From assembly GCF_009914755.1 (NCBI RefSeq), contig NC_060928.1: a stretch of DNA of 64,000 nucleotides. One strand, 5' to 3'. Positions 27,246 to 39,756 of the stretch are shown here, piece after piece; within the stretch, counting starts at the first letter, position 1; each line of letters starts with the position of its first letter. The notes under the pieces are model-generated. The model did not search any database and had not been told where the DNA came from. It worked only from the letters and a program-made list of their open reading frames with translations. The stretch comes from the human T2T-CHM13v2.0 reference genome, Homo sapiens. A program made the position numbers and the translations under genes.

Positions 27246-28435
27246 TTTACTTTCCTCCCTTATACCAGGCATACCATGATATGCTCTCCTCTCAGTGGGA
27301 AGACAAGTGTGCAAAACACACAAGGAGGGCAGTTGTTGTCACAATGCAAATGCTTCTTATGGGGACACTGAGGAAAGGGCGGTTGAATTTACCTTTGTTC
27401 AGTCAACCAAGAAAGTGCCCAAGGTCTTTTCCTCTTCCTTTCTCTTATAGTGATCTTAGCTTCATTACCCAGTTGGGTGGAGGGACGGTGGCAGGGATGG
27501 CTGGGGGCACGGGCAGATTGGGGAGAGTGGCAAATGGTTTCTCATATCTGAGCCTCAATTACTTCATCTGTAAATTGGGGTTGGTGACACTGCTCTGGCA
27601 TTTGATTATTGTGAGATCTAAATTACATAAGGATAAGAAAAGGCTTTGAAGATGATTGTGTGCTTTATAGACTGCAAAATGTCCTAGCCACGCAAGGATT
27701 CGTTCTCTTTATCACACTTTTAAGTAGATAGAGATGAATAACCAACTATGGAGACTGAGAATTGGATTAACTGCTCTGGACTAGATTCTGTTATCATAGT
27801 GATCATCACTGATTCATCCAATGAGTTTTTACCCAGGGCTTTTCCATCTCCAGTGCCTTTAAAAAGGATCATTCCTATGTATGAGTCATTTGAAGCACGT
27901 TGCTTTGCAAATGCCCAGGGAAAAGTACACAGGCAATCCCCAAGGCCTCTGAAAGGGGCAGTGGTTTGAGCTGAGACTTGGCCTGCCCCGATGTGATGCC
28001 TTCCTTGGGGAGGAAATGGAAGTGGGGGCACGGTGCCCCATGCCGACGTGAAGAGTAGCCCTGCACCCACGTTCCAAATGACCTATACCCACCAGCACAT
28101 TTCATGCTCTGACACCTGCTTCGCAGATGAAGAAAATGAGGCTCAGAGAGGCAGAGCGACCTACTCACAGACACCAAGAAGACAAGACATGGACTAACAG
28201 TTCAGCCAGATGCAGTTCACAGTGAAGCCTCTGAGGTTTCCTACAACACTAGAGCCGGAGGAGGTGTTGAGTGAGGAGGGGTCCTGGAGCTCTGTCACTG
28301 CCCACTGTGCCCCCAGGGCTGCTTTGGGGTCCTGTAATCAGTCACCTCTTCTTCAAGTGGCCAAGGTGTCCAGAAACACTTATATGGGAGAGGAATGCAT
28401 AACTGACTCCATTTGAGAAACAGATTCTCTTAGAC

Positions 28436-28647
28436 CAGGCTCTCTTGACTTTGGCACTGTTAATATTTGGGGCTGAGGGATTCTGTGTTGTGGGACAGAG
28501 CTGTCCTATGCATCGTAGGGTGGCCTTGGCCTTGGCCCACTAGATGCCAATAGTACCCCTCTATCAGTTGTGACAACCAAAAATGTACCCAGACATTGCC
28601 AAGTGTCCCTTGGGGGCAAAACCTACTGGGGTGGAAAACTACCACTT
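28436..28647. mobile_element. MER20 hAT-Charlie non-autonomous DNA transposon
   Basis: ttggcactgttaatatttggggc...cccactagatgccaatagtaccc...agttgtgacaaccaaaaatgtacccagacattgccaagtgtcccttgggggcaaaa...accact, recalled MER20 consensus motifs. Confidence 0.85.
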
Positions 28648-31589
28648 TGGGCTGAGGAAGACCCAGATGATCCTGCCCCAGGCAATTGGGGCCCCACTCT
28701 CCTGTAACAGGGGAAGAACCTGGCTTGGGTCATAACTACAGGTGAGATGCCAGCTCCCTCTGTGCTGGTGCGGTGACCTTGAGCATCTGACAGTGCTGCC
28801 TGGTCAGTTCATTCCCACGCACATGAGCTGACGTGAGTGATGTGCCAAGCCTATGACCGGCACAGGGACACCCACGCCCTGCACCGCTATCCTGTGCCTG
28901 CATGGTGGGTCTGCAAGTTCACCTGGTGCCTACCCCAGGGGGCTTTTGGTCTGGCCCAGGAGGCCAACTCATACACCCCCTCAGGTTCAGCTTTCCCAAG
29001 GGGGCTGTCCCTGGCCCCGCCTCACCCTAGGGCCTCTAGTCCACGGGCCTCTGGCTTTACCCCAAAGCCGGCCCATAGAGCTGTGGCTCACCTTCCCAGG
29101 CCCCCACATGGCTAACCTCCGAGGACCTTTTCTGTCCTCCTGTGCCCTGCCCTGTCTGCCCTTGGTTTTTGCCCTGCCCGATGTCCCTCCTGCCCCTATC
29201 TGGGCCTCAGCATTCCTGGTCTTCTCTGTGTTTTGAGCCACTACTCGCTTCCTCTGCATCATTTGCTCTTGTTGGGGGATGAGTCCCCAGTACTCTGGCC
29301 CAGCCCTCACTTTCCCGGGGAGGGGTTCCCTCTGCCTGGAATGGTCTTCTCCCATCACCCACTGCTGCACTCTGCCCTGGCCTCTGAGCAGCTACGTGCC
29401 CCCCTCCAAGAGGGCTGTGGCCCCCGTGCCCGCAGTGCCTCGGGCTTCCATGGCTTTTTGTTTGGGACCCTGAAGCCCCTACAAGCTCCCCACAGATCCA
29501 ACCACACCTGGTTTATCTCGAGCCTGGCCCAGCTCTGTGAAGCTGGATTGAAGCATCCTGAGCCACTCTAGGGGACCGATGGTGACATGGGCACACAGAG
29601 GTCAGGGCGCACCTGGAGGAGGCCCAGAGCTCTCCTAGCTGAGAAATTATGCAGGATGTCGTGGAGGCCGACCCCGTTGGTGGGTGTGTGTTCTTGGACA
29701 GACAGGAGCTGATGGGGGCATCAGAGGCTCTAGGGAGTGGTGCCAGCGGGGGCCCAGGTTAGGCAGTCCTGACCTGTATCATGAGCTCCAGCCTCTGGAG
29801 CAACAAATGTGGCTGGGATCGAGGCATCAGCTGGAGGAGGCACAGGTCCAAGGGGGCCTGGGTCTGAGCCTGTCTTGCACCTGCCCACTGTGCCATCTGG
29901 GGCAAGTCCTCATCCCTCTCCATGCCTCAATTTCCTCACCTGTGAAATGGGATGACAATAGTTTCCCCCTCCGGGTGGTTGTACAAGATGAACAAACGGC
30001 TCTCCACAAGGGCATAGCCCAGCACAGGTGCCCACTGACCACTCGCAAATACCCATTGCTGTCATCATTGTCACCCATTGGGAGGCATGACCTGCATTCA
30101 TACTGCAGGGCCGGAGCCAGGCGCTATGGAGTTGAGACTTTATTTCTCACTATTCTGGTTGGGGAGCAGGGAGGGGACCTACCCGAACCACTGTCCTTTA
30201 GATGTGTGCCGGTGGCCACCCGCTGAATTAAAGGCGGGGAGGCTTCTGTGGAGGCCCTGGCCTGAATTCTGGGGATAGGCGACAGTCTGAACAAATGCTC
30301 ACATCCTCGCAGGTTAGGAGCACAGGAAAAATGCCGGCTGCCAAGCCCACGGAAATGGCTTGTAATTACCTTTATTGATCTGTTTGTTCTGTCTCACTCA
30401 TTCCTATCCGAGGTGGCTGGGGCCAGGAAGCTTCTGGCAGACTCTCGGGATTTGACAGTCTTTATTAACTCAGCTCCTAAAAAGAGCCTCAGAGAATACA
30501 CTGTATTATGGGGTGGGATGGAGGGCGAGGGATGAATGGATTTTCACCTGGAAGGTCATTTCTGAGGAATCCCTCTACTGGAGGCAGGTGGTGGTAGAAA
30601 GAAAGAAGACAGACCCCGCTGTCAGGTAGACAGGGGCTGTGCTTTGTCTCTCGATGGCTTGGGCAGGTGACAGTGGCCATCTCTAAGGTGGAGGTGACAG
30701 TGCTGCTCCCGGGAACCATGTGGAAGAGCATAGGAGAAGTGCTCGTAGGGTGTCTGAGACTGTGCCAGCCCAAGATGCGCCCCCAGCAAACCACAGGCTC
30801 TTCCACCCCTGGCCCCTGCACTGACATCTTTGAAGGACAGTAAAGAAATAGGGACGGCTCTGGGTACATGGGGCTCAGATGTCAGGACCACTCAGCACCT
30901 GAAACCCTCACACTGTTGTCTTCTTACCCATCCTCAAGCCTGCTGGAGAGGGGAGGGGAGCTTTGCCCGACATTCCATTCTTCTTTGGATATTGATTCTT
31001 GTAAGGCTGGGTAATGAGGTCTCCATTAGCATGTTGATAATCTCTGACAGTTAGACACTTGTTTCCCTATCGACAGAGGTTCCTGTGGGTGCAAATGTAG
31101 CCTTGGGAGGTAGGGAAATCAGGTTTGCCAAGCGAGATGGGATGGAACACTCTTGTCCATGGCTGCAGAAGCAAGATGGAGCTTGCCGCCATATTTGGGG
31201 ACTGCAGTTAATGTATGGGGGTGGCAGTTGGGGCATCTTGACTGGACCCCAGGCCCTCTGATGCTGTGTCTTTCGATGTCACCTCCTCTCCATAGCTTTA
31301 GGAGATCAAGGTCAGAAGCTGGGTGTCATTCATCCCTGGGTGTCTAGAGTCCTACTCAGTATAGATCTGGGCCCAAATGGGGGCTTCGTGGCCCTTTATT
31401 CAAACCCACTCAGTTTTTAATTTGTCATACAGGGCTACTGAGACATGGGAACAAGAGAATCACTTTTATCTATTGGATCTGAGGTCTAGGTGGGACTCCA
31501 GGCCAGGTAGGAACCTAGGACTAACTACAGACATGGAGGGGAGGGGCTGGAAGTCCAGACTAGCCTGGGGAGCTCCTGAAATTATGTTT

Positions 31590-32195
31590 GTTCATCCATA
31601 CATCCATCTACCCATCCATCCATGTATCCATTCATCCATCTACCTATTCATCCACCTACCAATCCATCTATCCATTCATCCATCTACCTGTCCATCCATC
31701 TACCCATTCATCCATCTATCCATCCATCTACCCATCCATCCATGTATCCATTCATGCATCTACCTATTCATCTACCTACCAATCCATCTATCCATTCATC
31801 CATCTATCCATCTATCTACCCATCCGTCTATCTACCCATTCATCTACCCATCCATCCGTCTACCCATTCATCCATCTATCCATCCACCTACTCATCCATT
31901 TATCTACCATCCATTCATCTACCCATCCATCTATCCATCCATCCACCTACTCATCCACCCATCTCTCCCTCAATCCATCTGTCCATCTGTCCATTTGCCC
32001 ATCTGTCTACCCATCTATACATCCATTCATCTGCCCATCCATCCTTCCATCCATCCATCTACCCATCCATCAGTCTACTCATCCATTCATCCATCTACCT
32101 ATCCATCAATCTACTCATGCATCCATCTACCTATCCATCCATCTATCCATCTACCTCTTAATCCATGTATTCATTTATCCATCTACCCATCCGTC
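31590..32195. repeat. (CCAT/CTAT/CTAC)n array with 120-bp higher-order duplication
   Basis: Lines beginning at 31621 and 31741 are nearly identical. Confidence 0.93.
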
Positions 32196-32681
32196 CCACA
32201 AATATTTCTAGAGGACGTACTTGATCTGTACAAAGCACTGTGGTGGTTACTGGTGACTTAGCCCCTACCCCATGGAGTTGACAACTTAGTATGGGGGCAG
32301 GCAGTAAGTGAATGATCACCCAGTTAATTGAACTTCTCGATTGATTATAATTCATTATCACTAGCTAGTAATTGTACTTAATTACCCCATGATTGTGTTG
32401 GGAAAAGGGAGGTCAGGGTTCTCTGAAGTAGTGTCACAATGTGCTCGACCCAGGCTGTGGGGAGATGGGAAAGAGGCTGCCCTGAGGAAGTGGTGCATGA
32501 GCTGTGATCAGCTGCGTACACAAAGGCCCTGAGGCAAAAAAAAGGTGGATGGTCAGTGAGTGAGACTGAGCATGGCAAGAGTGGTGGCTACAAGGAGGAG
32601 GGATGGCCTGGGATGAGGCTGGGGAGACAGTAGGCTGTGAACGCTGGGATAGTGATAGGGAGTTTGGATTCTACTCAAGAA

Positions 32682-32762
32682 CAGGGGTTGGCAAACGTTT
32701 TCTGTAAAGGGCTAGATGGTACATACTTTAAGCTTTAGGGGCATACGCTGTCTCTGTTGCAT
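32682..32762. mobile_element. MER58-like hAT fragment
   Basis: caggggttggcaaacgttttctgtaaagggctagatggta...tgtctctgttgca. Confidence 0.75.
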
Positions 32763-32811
32763 GTTCTACTTGGTTTTGTTTCATTTTGGTTGGTATTGCT
32801 TTAATATACAA

Positions 32812-33243
32812 CCTGCATCTGTGTCCCATGGCTGCCATAATGAAGGACCACAGATTGGATGGCTTAAAGTAACAGAAACGTATTCTCACACTGCTCTGGA
32901 CCAGAGTCTGACATCAAGGTGTGGGCAGGCCCCAAGCCCAGGGCAGTTTCCTTCCTTGCCTCTTCCAGCCTCTGATGGTTACTGGCAGTCCTTGGCTTCT
33001 TCTTGGCCACCCCACTCCATCTCTGCAGCTGCCTTTTTGTATGGACTTCTCTGTGTGTGTTTGTCCAAGTTTCCTGCTTCTTATAAGAACACAGCCATTG
33101 GATTTAGGGTCTAGCCTATTCCAGGATGACCTTGTCTTCACTAATTATATCTGCAAAGTCTCTATTCCCAAATAAGGTCACATTCTGAGGTTCGAGGTGA
33201 GCATAAATTTGCATGTGTGGAGCACCATTTAACCCAATATGCC
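32812..33243 (-). mobile_element. MaLR LTR, MLT1B/C-like
   Basis: ggctgccataa...ggatggcttaaagtaacagaaacgtattctcaca...tcttataagaacacagccattggatttagggt...ttccaaataaggtcacattctgagg. Confidence 0.85.
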
Positions 33244-34489
33244 ATGCTTTAAAAATGTACAAAGAAATTCCTAGTTCCCTGGTCATACCAAAATCCGTTC
33301 TGTGGATGGGAGTCTGCTGACCCCTGGCCCTCTCTCTGCATTGGCTGGGGGTGAAGGGTGAGATGGCAGAGTGGGGAGGAAAAGGAGAAGGTCCCACACC
33401 AGGCATGCCCAGATGTGCAGAGCTCTTCTCTTCCTTTGTTGAGGGACTCTTCAAACAATGACTGCATGCCACCACCGTGGGCCAGGGACTGTTCTTGGTC
33501 TTGGGCGTGTAGCAGATAACATCACCAGCAAGAGGCCCTCAGGAAGACTTCATCCTTCATTTCCATTTTCCTGGAAATAAAACTGAGGCCCGGGGGAGTA
33601 AGTGACCTACCCAGGGCAAGTCTAGTGCAACAGCCATCTCTCTGTCTGCCAGAATTTCCCACATTCGCAAATCAAGCAGGAGTTTCGTGGGGGCATTATT
33701 TTCCCTGCCACTTGGACTCTTCCATGCCACTAGATGGTCATGGCTGAATGAGAGGAGTGCCATCTCAGAACTCTGGGGTTTGGAGGGGAATCTGACCCAG
33801 CTCCCTTTCTGGGAGCACGTTCCTTGACAAGATGCCATCTGCTTCTGCTTACATACCTCCATTGATGGGAGCCTCACTGACTCTAATACACAGCTCAGCT
33901 GGTTAGCTCTGTGCTGCAGGTTCCAGATTGCACAGATGGAGTTTATTCCCTCTCTGGGCATAATCAGAGAATCATGCTTGTTTATCTCATGTGCACGTAC
34001 TGTTCTAGAATTCAAAGTGGTCTAGTCATTCTTTTAACTGCTGTGAATTCCGAGGGCCTTGTTGCTTTTGACTATCGCTAAGCAATGTAAGTGAGAAAAA
34101 TTTGGCTAAAATGTAAACAACCTAATTCCAGGAAAATGGTACTTGTTAGAAATTACTTTATGAAACATAAGATGTCAGGTTAATTTATGTGAGAACACCT
34201 TCCTCCTTTGCTTTCCACATTGGGTATTTTTGCATTCCCGCAAAAGAAGCCTGCCAGGGAAATTGCACAGTTGTTAGCTTCAGCCCAGGAAGACGTTTCT
34301 AATGGGGATGGAGGGTCAGGTGTCTCCCGGCTTCACTGAGAGAGGTTGGCTTGTGGGCCATGAGGCTGCAGGCCCAGCTTTAAATCGCTGCTTTTCTACT
34401 GTCACACACACACTTGAGGCCATTTGTCCCTCTATGAAGTGGACATTCATATTCTCTCTACTTCTCCAGCCACGCTGCCCCTGTGGGCC

Positions 34490-34790
34490 CCTCTAGGACA
34501 AGGTCCTTCCTTGCCTCTCCTGGTTCTGGTGGCTGGCTGACTGTCCCTGCCCTTCCTCTCCGGAGAGCTCTCTGCCTTCATTGTCACATGGTGTCAGCCC
34601 CGTGTGTGTCTCTGTGTCCAAATTTCCCCTTTCTGTAAGGACACTAGTCATGTTGGATTGGGGCCCACTCCGATGACCTTGTTTACTCAGTTACTGCTAT
34701 AAAGACTGCAAATAGGGTCATGTTCTGAGGGAGTGGAGGTTACAACTCAGCATGTGAGTCTGGGCACATTGCTCCCAGTGTACTGGGTGG
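34490..34790 (-). mobile_element. Partial MLT1 LTR
   Basis: ccttccttgcctctcctggttctggtggc...tgtccaaatttcccctttctgtaaggacactagtcatgttggattggggcccac. Confidence 0.7.
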
Positions 34791-35544
34791 TGGCATGCCT
34801 GCTTCACATGGAAGGAAGGCAGCTCTGGGAGCGATGAGGAGCTGGGCCCGAGCTCACCAGCCGGGAGGTGGCTGCTGTGCTGGGATTTGAACCCAGCATC
34901 CATCCCAGTTTTCATGCTGTGCTTGTTTCCACGGCAGCCACAGCACAAAAGCTCTACAGAAGACAGGCCCCATGCCACAGTCGCTGTTACAATGAGTATT
35001 ACAAACATTTTATTCGAGAAAGAAAAGAATCAAATGGTCCCAATAATTCCCTGATTTCTAGGCAGCTGTCTGGCTTTTTTTTGTCATTGCTTGCCTTAGT
35101 TACCTGTATCAACAGGCTTACTTTTTCTGACCTCACCACAGGAGCTGAACTTTGGAAGTGGCCACTGGCCACTCTGAATGAGATGCGGTGCACCGGCAGG
35201 CTTTGGAAATTAATTTCCTTTGGATGCTCCTCCTCATGTTACGATTGAGGCCCGTGTGTTAGCTACCTCGAGCCAAAGGTGCTCAGAGGGAGGGGGAGCA
35301 AGGGCTTCCTGGCATTTCTGGATTCTGTGGAGACTCCACTCGCTCAGGCTGCGTTTGTTTCCTCTGACCGAGGATCGATAAGACATGATTTTAAAAATAA
35401 ATAACTAGTCCCTGAAGAAGTACTGTTTCCAAACAACTTCCCCGGCTGACCCTGAGACAGAAACTCCCACCCTGCTCCTGGGCTCAGAAGTGAGAGGATT
35501 ATTCTGCTCTTGGAATAAAAGCTGTGGGTTCCATCCTGACCAGA

Positions 35545-36600
35545 AGATGATGAGGATAATGCAGATGGTGATATTGTGCTGATAGTAGTATGGTGATTAG
35601 AATTATGAAGATGAAGATGATGATAAAGGAGATCATAGTGATTAGGATGATATGATGATGCTATAATAATGATGATGAAAATGATTAGGAAAATATGATT
35701 AGCATAATGATGATAAAGATGATGATTATGATAAAGAAGATGATGGTGACGTGATGATGATGATACCAATCACGATGATGATGGTGATGAAGTGATGATG
35801 GTGATGGTAATGATGATGATATAATGATGATAATGATGGTGATGATGGTGATTTTTATGGTGATGATGTGATGATGCTGATGATGTGATGATGGTGATGT
35901 TTATGATGATGACGGTGGTGATGGTGCTGTGATGGTGATGATGATGATGATGTGAAAGTGATGGTGATGGTGTCGGTGGTGATGATGTGATGATGGATAT
36001 GATGATGATGGTGATGATGTGATGATGGCAATGGTGATGATGATGGTGATGGTGATGATGGTGATGATGTGATGATGGAGATGATGATGGTGGTGATAGT
36101 GATTATGGTGGTGATGGTGATGATGGCAATGATAGTGATGATGGTGATGGTAGTGATGGTGATGCTGTGATGATAGTGATAATGGTAATGGTGATGATGG
36201 TGATAATGATAGTGATGATGGCGATGGTGATGATGATGATGGTGATGATGGTAATGATGACAGAGATGATGATAATGTGATAATGGTAATGGTGATGGTG
36301 ATGATGGTGGTGATGATAGAGATGATAATGTGATATTGGTGATGGTGATGGTAGTGATATTGATAATGGTGATGGTGATGGTGGTGATGATGACAGAGAT
36401 GATGATAATGTGTTAATGGTGATGGTGATGATAGTGATAATGGTGATAGAGATGATGATAATGTGTTAATGGTGATGGTGATGATGGTGATAATGGTGAT
36501 GGTGATGATGTGATGATGAGGTGATGATGATGATGATGACTCTGCTACTGCTGCTGCTGAAGATGAAGATGACGGATTGATGATGAAGATAGTGATGGCC
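35545..36600. repeat. (GAT/GGT)n degenerate trinucleotide array, ~1.05 kb
   Basis: Seen directly; gives the poly-His/Ser ORF on the minus strand. Confidence 0.95.
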
Positions 36601-36704
36601 ATCACAGTTAATATTTACTGAGCCTCTAATGGATGCCACATAACATTCTTATTTTTACCACCACTTTACAGATGAGGAAACTGACTATCAGAGGCCACAC
36701 AGCA

Positions 36705-37172
36705 GGTTAGAGTTGGAATAATTCATACCAGCTGCAGTGACAAGCAAAACCCCAAATCTCAGTTGTTCAACACAACACAAGATCACTTCTCACTCAGGGA
36801 AGCCCCAGGCCTGTGGGTGGTCCCCCCTTTGGCTTGGAGGAGACACTCTGGTTCTGAGCTCCCTTAGGAAGTGACGTGCATTGCTCTTGCTCACAGCCAA
36901 CTGGCTAGAGCTAGTCACATGGCCTGGCTTACCTTAGTGGATGCTGGGAAATGCAGAGGGGGCACATGGGTATCTGGTGAATGCTTACAACTGGCTAGAG
37001 CTAGTCACATGGCCTGTCTTACCTTAGTGGATGCTGGGAAATGCAGAGGGGGCACATGGGTATCTGGTGAATGCTTACAACTGGCTAGAGCTAGTCACAT
37101 GGCCTGGCTTACCTTAGTGGATGCTGGGAAATGCAGAGGGGGCACATGAGTATTGGGTGAGTGCTCTCTGTC
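36705..37172 (-). mobile_element. Old MLT1 (J/K/L-like) LTR containing a 90-bp tandem triplication
   Basis: agctgcagtgacaagcaaaaccccaaatctcagt...; gctcacagccaactggctagagctagtcacatggcc...gctgggaaatgcag are MLT1J/K-type motifs. Confidence 0.65.
36898..37164. repeat. 90-bp tandem repeat, 3 copies
   Basis: Lines 36901 and 37081 are identical (2 x 90 nt); the unit starts caactggctagagctagtcacatggcc. Confidence 0.95.
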
Positions 37173-37249
37173 ACCCAGTTAGGAAGGACCTGAACTTAGA
37201 TTTGGACATAGGTCTACTGACTCCAACACCCCTATTTATTTTTGTATTT

Positions 37250-38320
37250 ATTTTTCAAGTGCATTTTAAAATAGTTTAAAATTTTATAACTGTTTTAGGT
37301 TTACAGAAAACCTGTGAAGGTAGTATAGAGTTCCTATATCCCTTGCCCACAATTTCCTGTTATTAACATCTGACATTGGTATGTACATTTGTCATGACTA
37401 AGGAACCAATATGGATGCGTTAATGTTACAAGTGCAAACTGTATTCAGATTTCCTTAGTCTTTACCTAATGCCTTCATCGATCTCAGGATCCCACCCAGG
37501 ACTCCACGTTACATGTAGTCATTATGTCTGCTTCGGCTCCGCCTGGCTGTGACAGTTTCTCAGACTTCCCTTGTTTGTGATAACTTTGACATTTTTGAAG
37601 AGTGCTGGTCAGGTGTTTTTTAAAGAATGTTCCTCTGTTGGAATTTGTATAGTGTTTTCCTCATGATTGCACTGGGATTATTCCTGGGAGGAAGACCACA
37701 GAGGTGCAGTGCTGTCCCCATCGCATCACACCAAGGCCACACCCTGCCAACAGGACTTACCACTGTTGACACTGACCCTTGTCACTGGCTGAGGGATGTT
37801 TGCCAGGCTTCTCCACCATAGAGTTTCTCTTTGGCGCCCTTTGCACACTGCCCTCTTTGGAAGAAGGTTGCTATGGGCAGCCCATGTTTAAGGAGTGAGT
37901 CTCCCTCCCCTTGAGAGCAGAGGACCTGCATAAATTATTTGGAATTCCTCTGCATGGGAGGTGTGTCTCTTCCCCCCATTTATTTATTTAATCATGTATT
38001 TATATGAGGATGAACTCATGAATATTTATTTTCTCCTTTCAGCTATAATCCAATAGTACCTTATTTTATTGTTTAAGCCATTCCAGCTTTGGTCATTGGG
38101 AGCACTTTCAGTTGGCTGCTGTGTCTCTTTGACATATTCCGATCACTGTAATTTTTATTTTGTTTATGAGCACGTCCTTGCTTTCTGGCGCTACAAGATG
38201 CTCCAGGCTCATCTGATATATTTCCTACCCAGTCCAAGCATCAACCATTTCTCCAAGGAGCTCTGACTGCTTTTATTGGAGAATGGTATTAGAAACCAAG
38301 GTCAAGATGCTAGGCAACAT
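37250..38320 (-). mobile_element. Old L1 3' UTR (L1MC/L1MD-like)
   Basis: ttttaggtttacagaaaa...tagtatagagttcc...caggatcccacccaggactccacgttacatgtagtca...gacagtttctcagacttcccttgttt...agaaaccaagg. Confidence 0.8.
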
Positions 38321-38341
38321 CCCTAATTATCCCCACTACAC

Positions 38342-38942
38342 CAGAGGTTCCAAAACTTTCTCAGCTCACAGTGCCCTTCGTGGCTCAAAAATCTTTCACA
38401 GCACACCTAGGCCAAACAAGAAACAACAGCAACAACCAAAACCTAAAAGCTTCACTTGTGAAGCAATTAGGTTCAAACAAGTTAGCAAGTATCTATGTCC
38501 TAATAGCATAAGTATTTATGTCCTGATACCTAATAGCGTAGGTATTCTTTTAAAATGGTACACATAAATCAAAAGGAAAATAGTGTTTTTCTTTCATTCT
38601 TCACCACTGCTTAATGACAGGCTGTGCACTTGCGATGTGCTACATACTCTCTCCAAACCTTGGAACCAGACTCAGTTAGATGCTTCCATCCTCATTTCAT
38701 GTTCCACATTGATTTTCCTTTTTATCACAGCGACCACCAAAAACCTGACTTTGCAAAGAGTTGGTATCACTGAGAGGGATGTGGCATGATCTAAGGTGGA
38801 AACCGCGAACAACCTGACTGGTAATTGGTGCAGGATCCAAGAAATGTTGGTCACTGTGTTTCCCTCAAAAACTTAAAATATCCCACCAGGTTCCTGTGAG
38901 TTGACTATGGCTAGGATGCTCAACCCACAGTTTGGGAACCAT
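38342..38942 (-). mobile_element. MER119-like hAT-Charlie DNA transposon
   Basis: Terminal inverted ends cagaggttccaaaact / agtttgggaacca; internal ctcatttcatgttccacattgattttc and ctgtgtttccctcaaaaacttaaaatatccc match the reverse complement of the recalled MER119 consensus. Confidence 0.75.
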
Positions 38943-39405
38943 AGTGCTATCCAGTAGAAGTCTATTGCAATTACAAGGTAGTGGGAAGGAATTCCGTGGA
39001 AAGTGACTGATCTAGTTCATCTCTTCCCGTAGGGGTCAGAGATGAGCATGGCACAAGATGTAAACCATTCCTAGGCCTATTCCTCAGAATCTCAAAGGTG
39101 GTATGGGAACAGCTCCCCAAGGCTGGACTCTACCTTGGCTCAGAACTCCCACCTCACCTCTCTTGGATCTGTGTCAACTCCTGCCATCCTATCAGGGATC
39201 TGTGTTTCTTGGGGATGTCTGTATCAGTAGCTGTGTGGCAAGCTACAGGAGCTCTGGAAGCTGCTTCCATTTCCAGGGTGTTTTCCAGGACTGTGCCATT
39301 GCTGTTGCCCAGCTCTTGGGCCACCTCCCAGGCAGAAGTGATTACGGCAGGAAGTGAGAGGTGAGAAGGCCTGTGCCTTGAAGAGCCTTTAGAAATATCC
39401 ACAGA

Positions 39406-39756
<351 letters not shown>

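Noticed and set aside
35901-36605. 234-aa His/Ser-rich ORF
   Set aside because: Reverse reading of the (GAT/GGT)n simple repeat; no domain, promoter or splice support.
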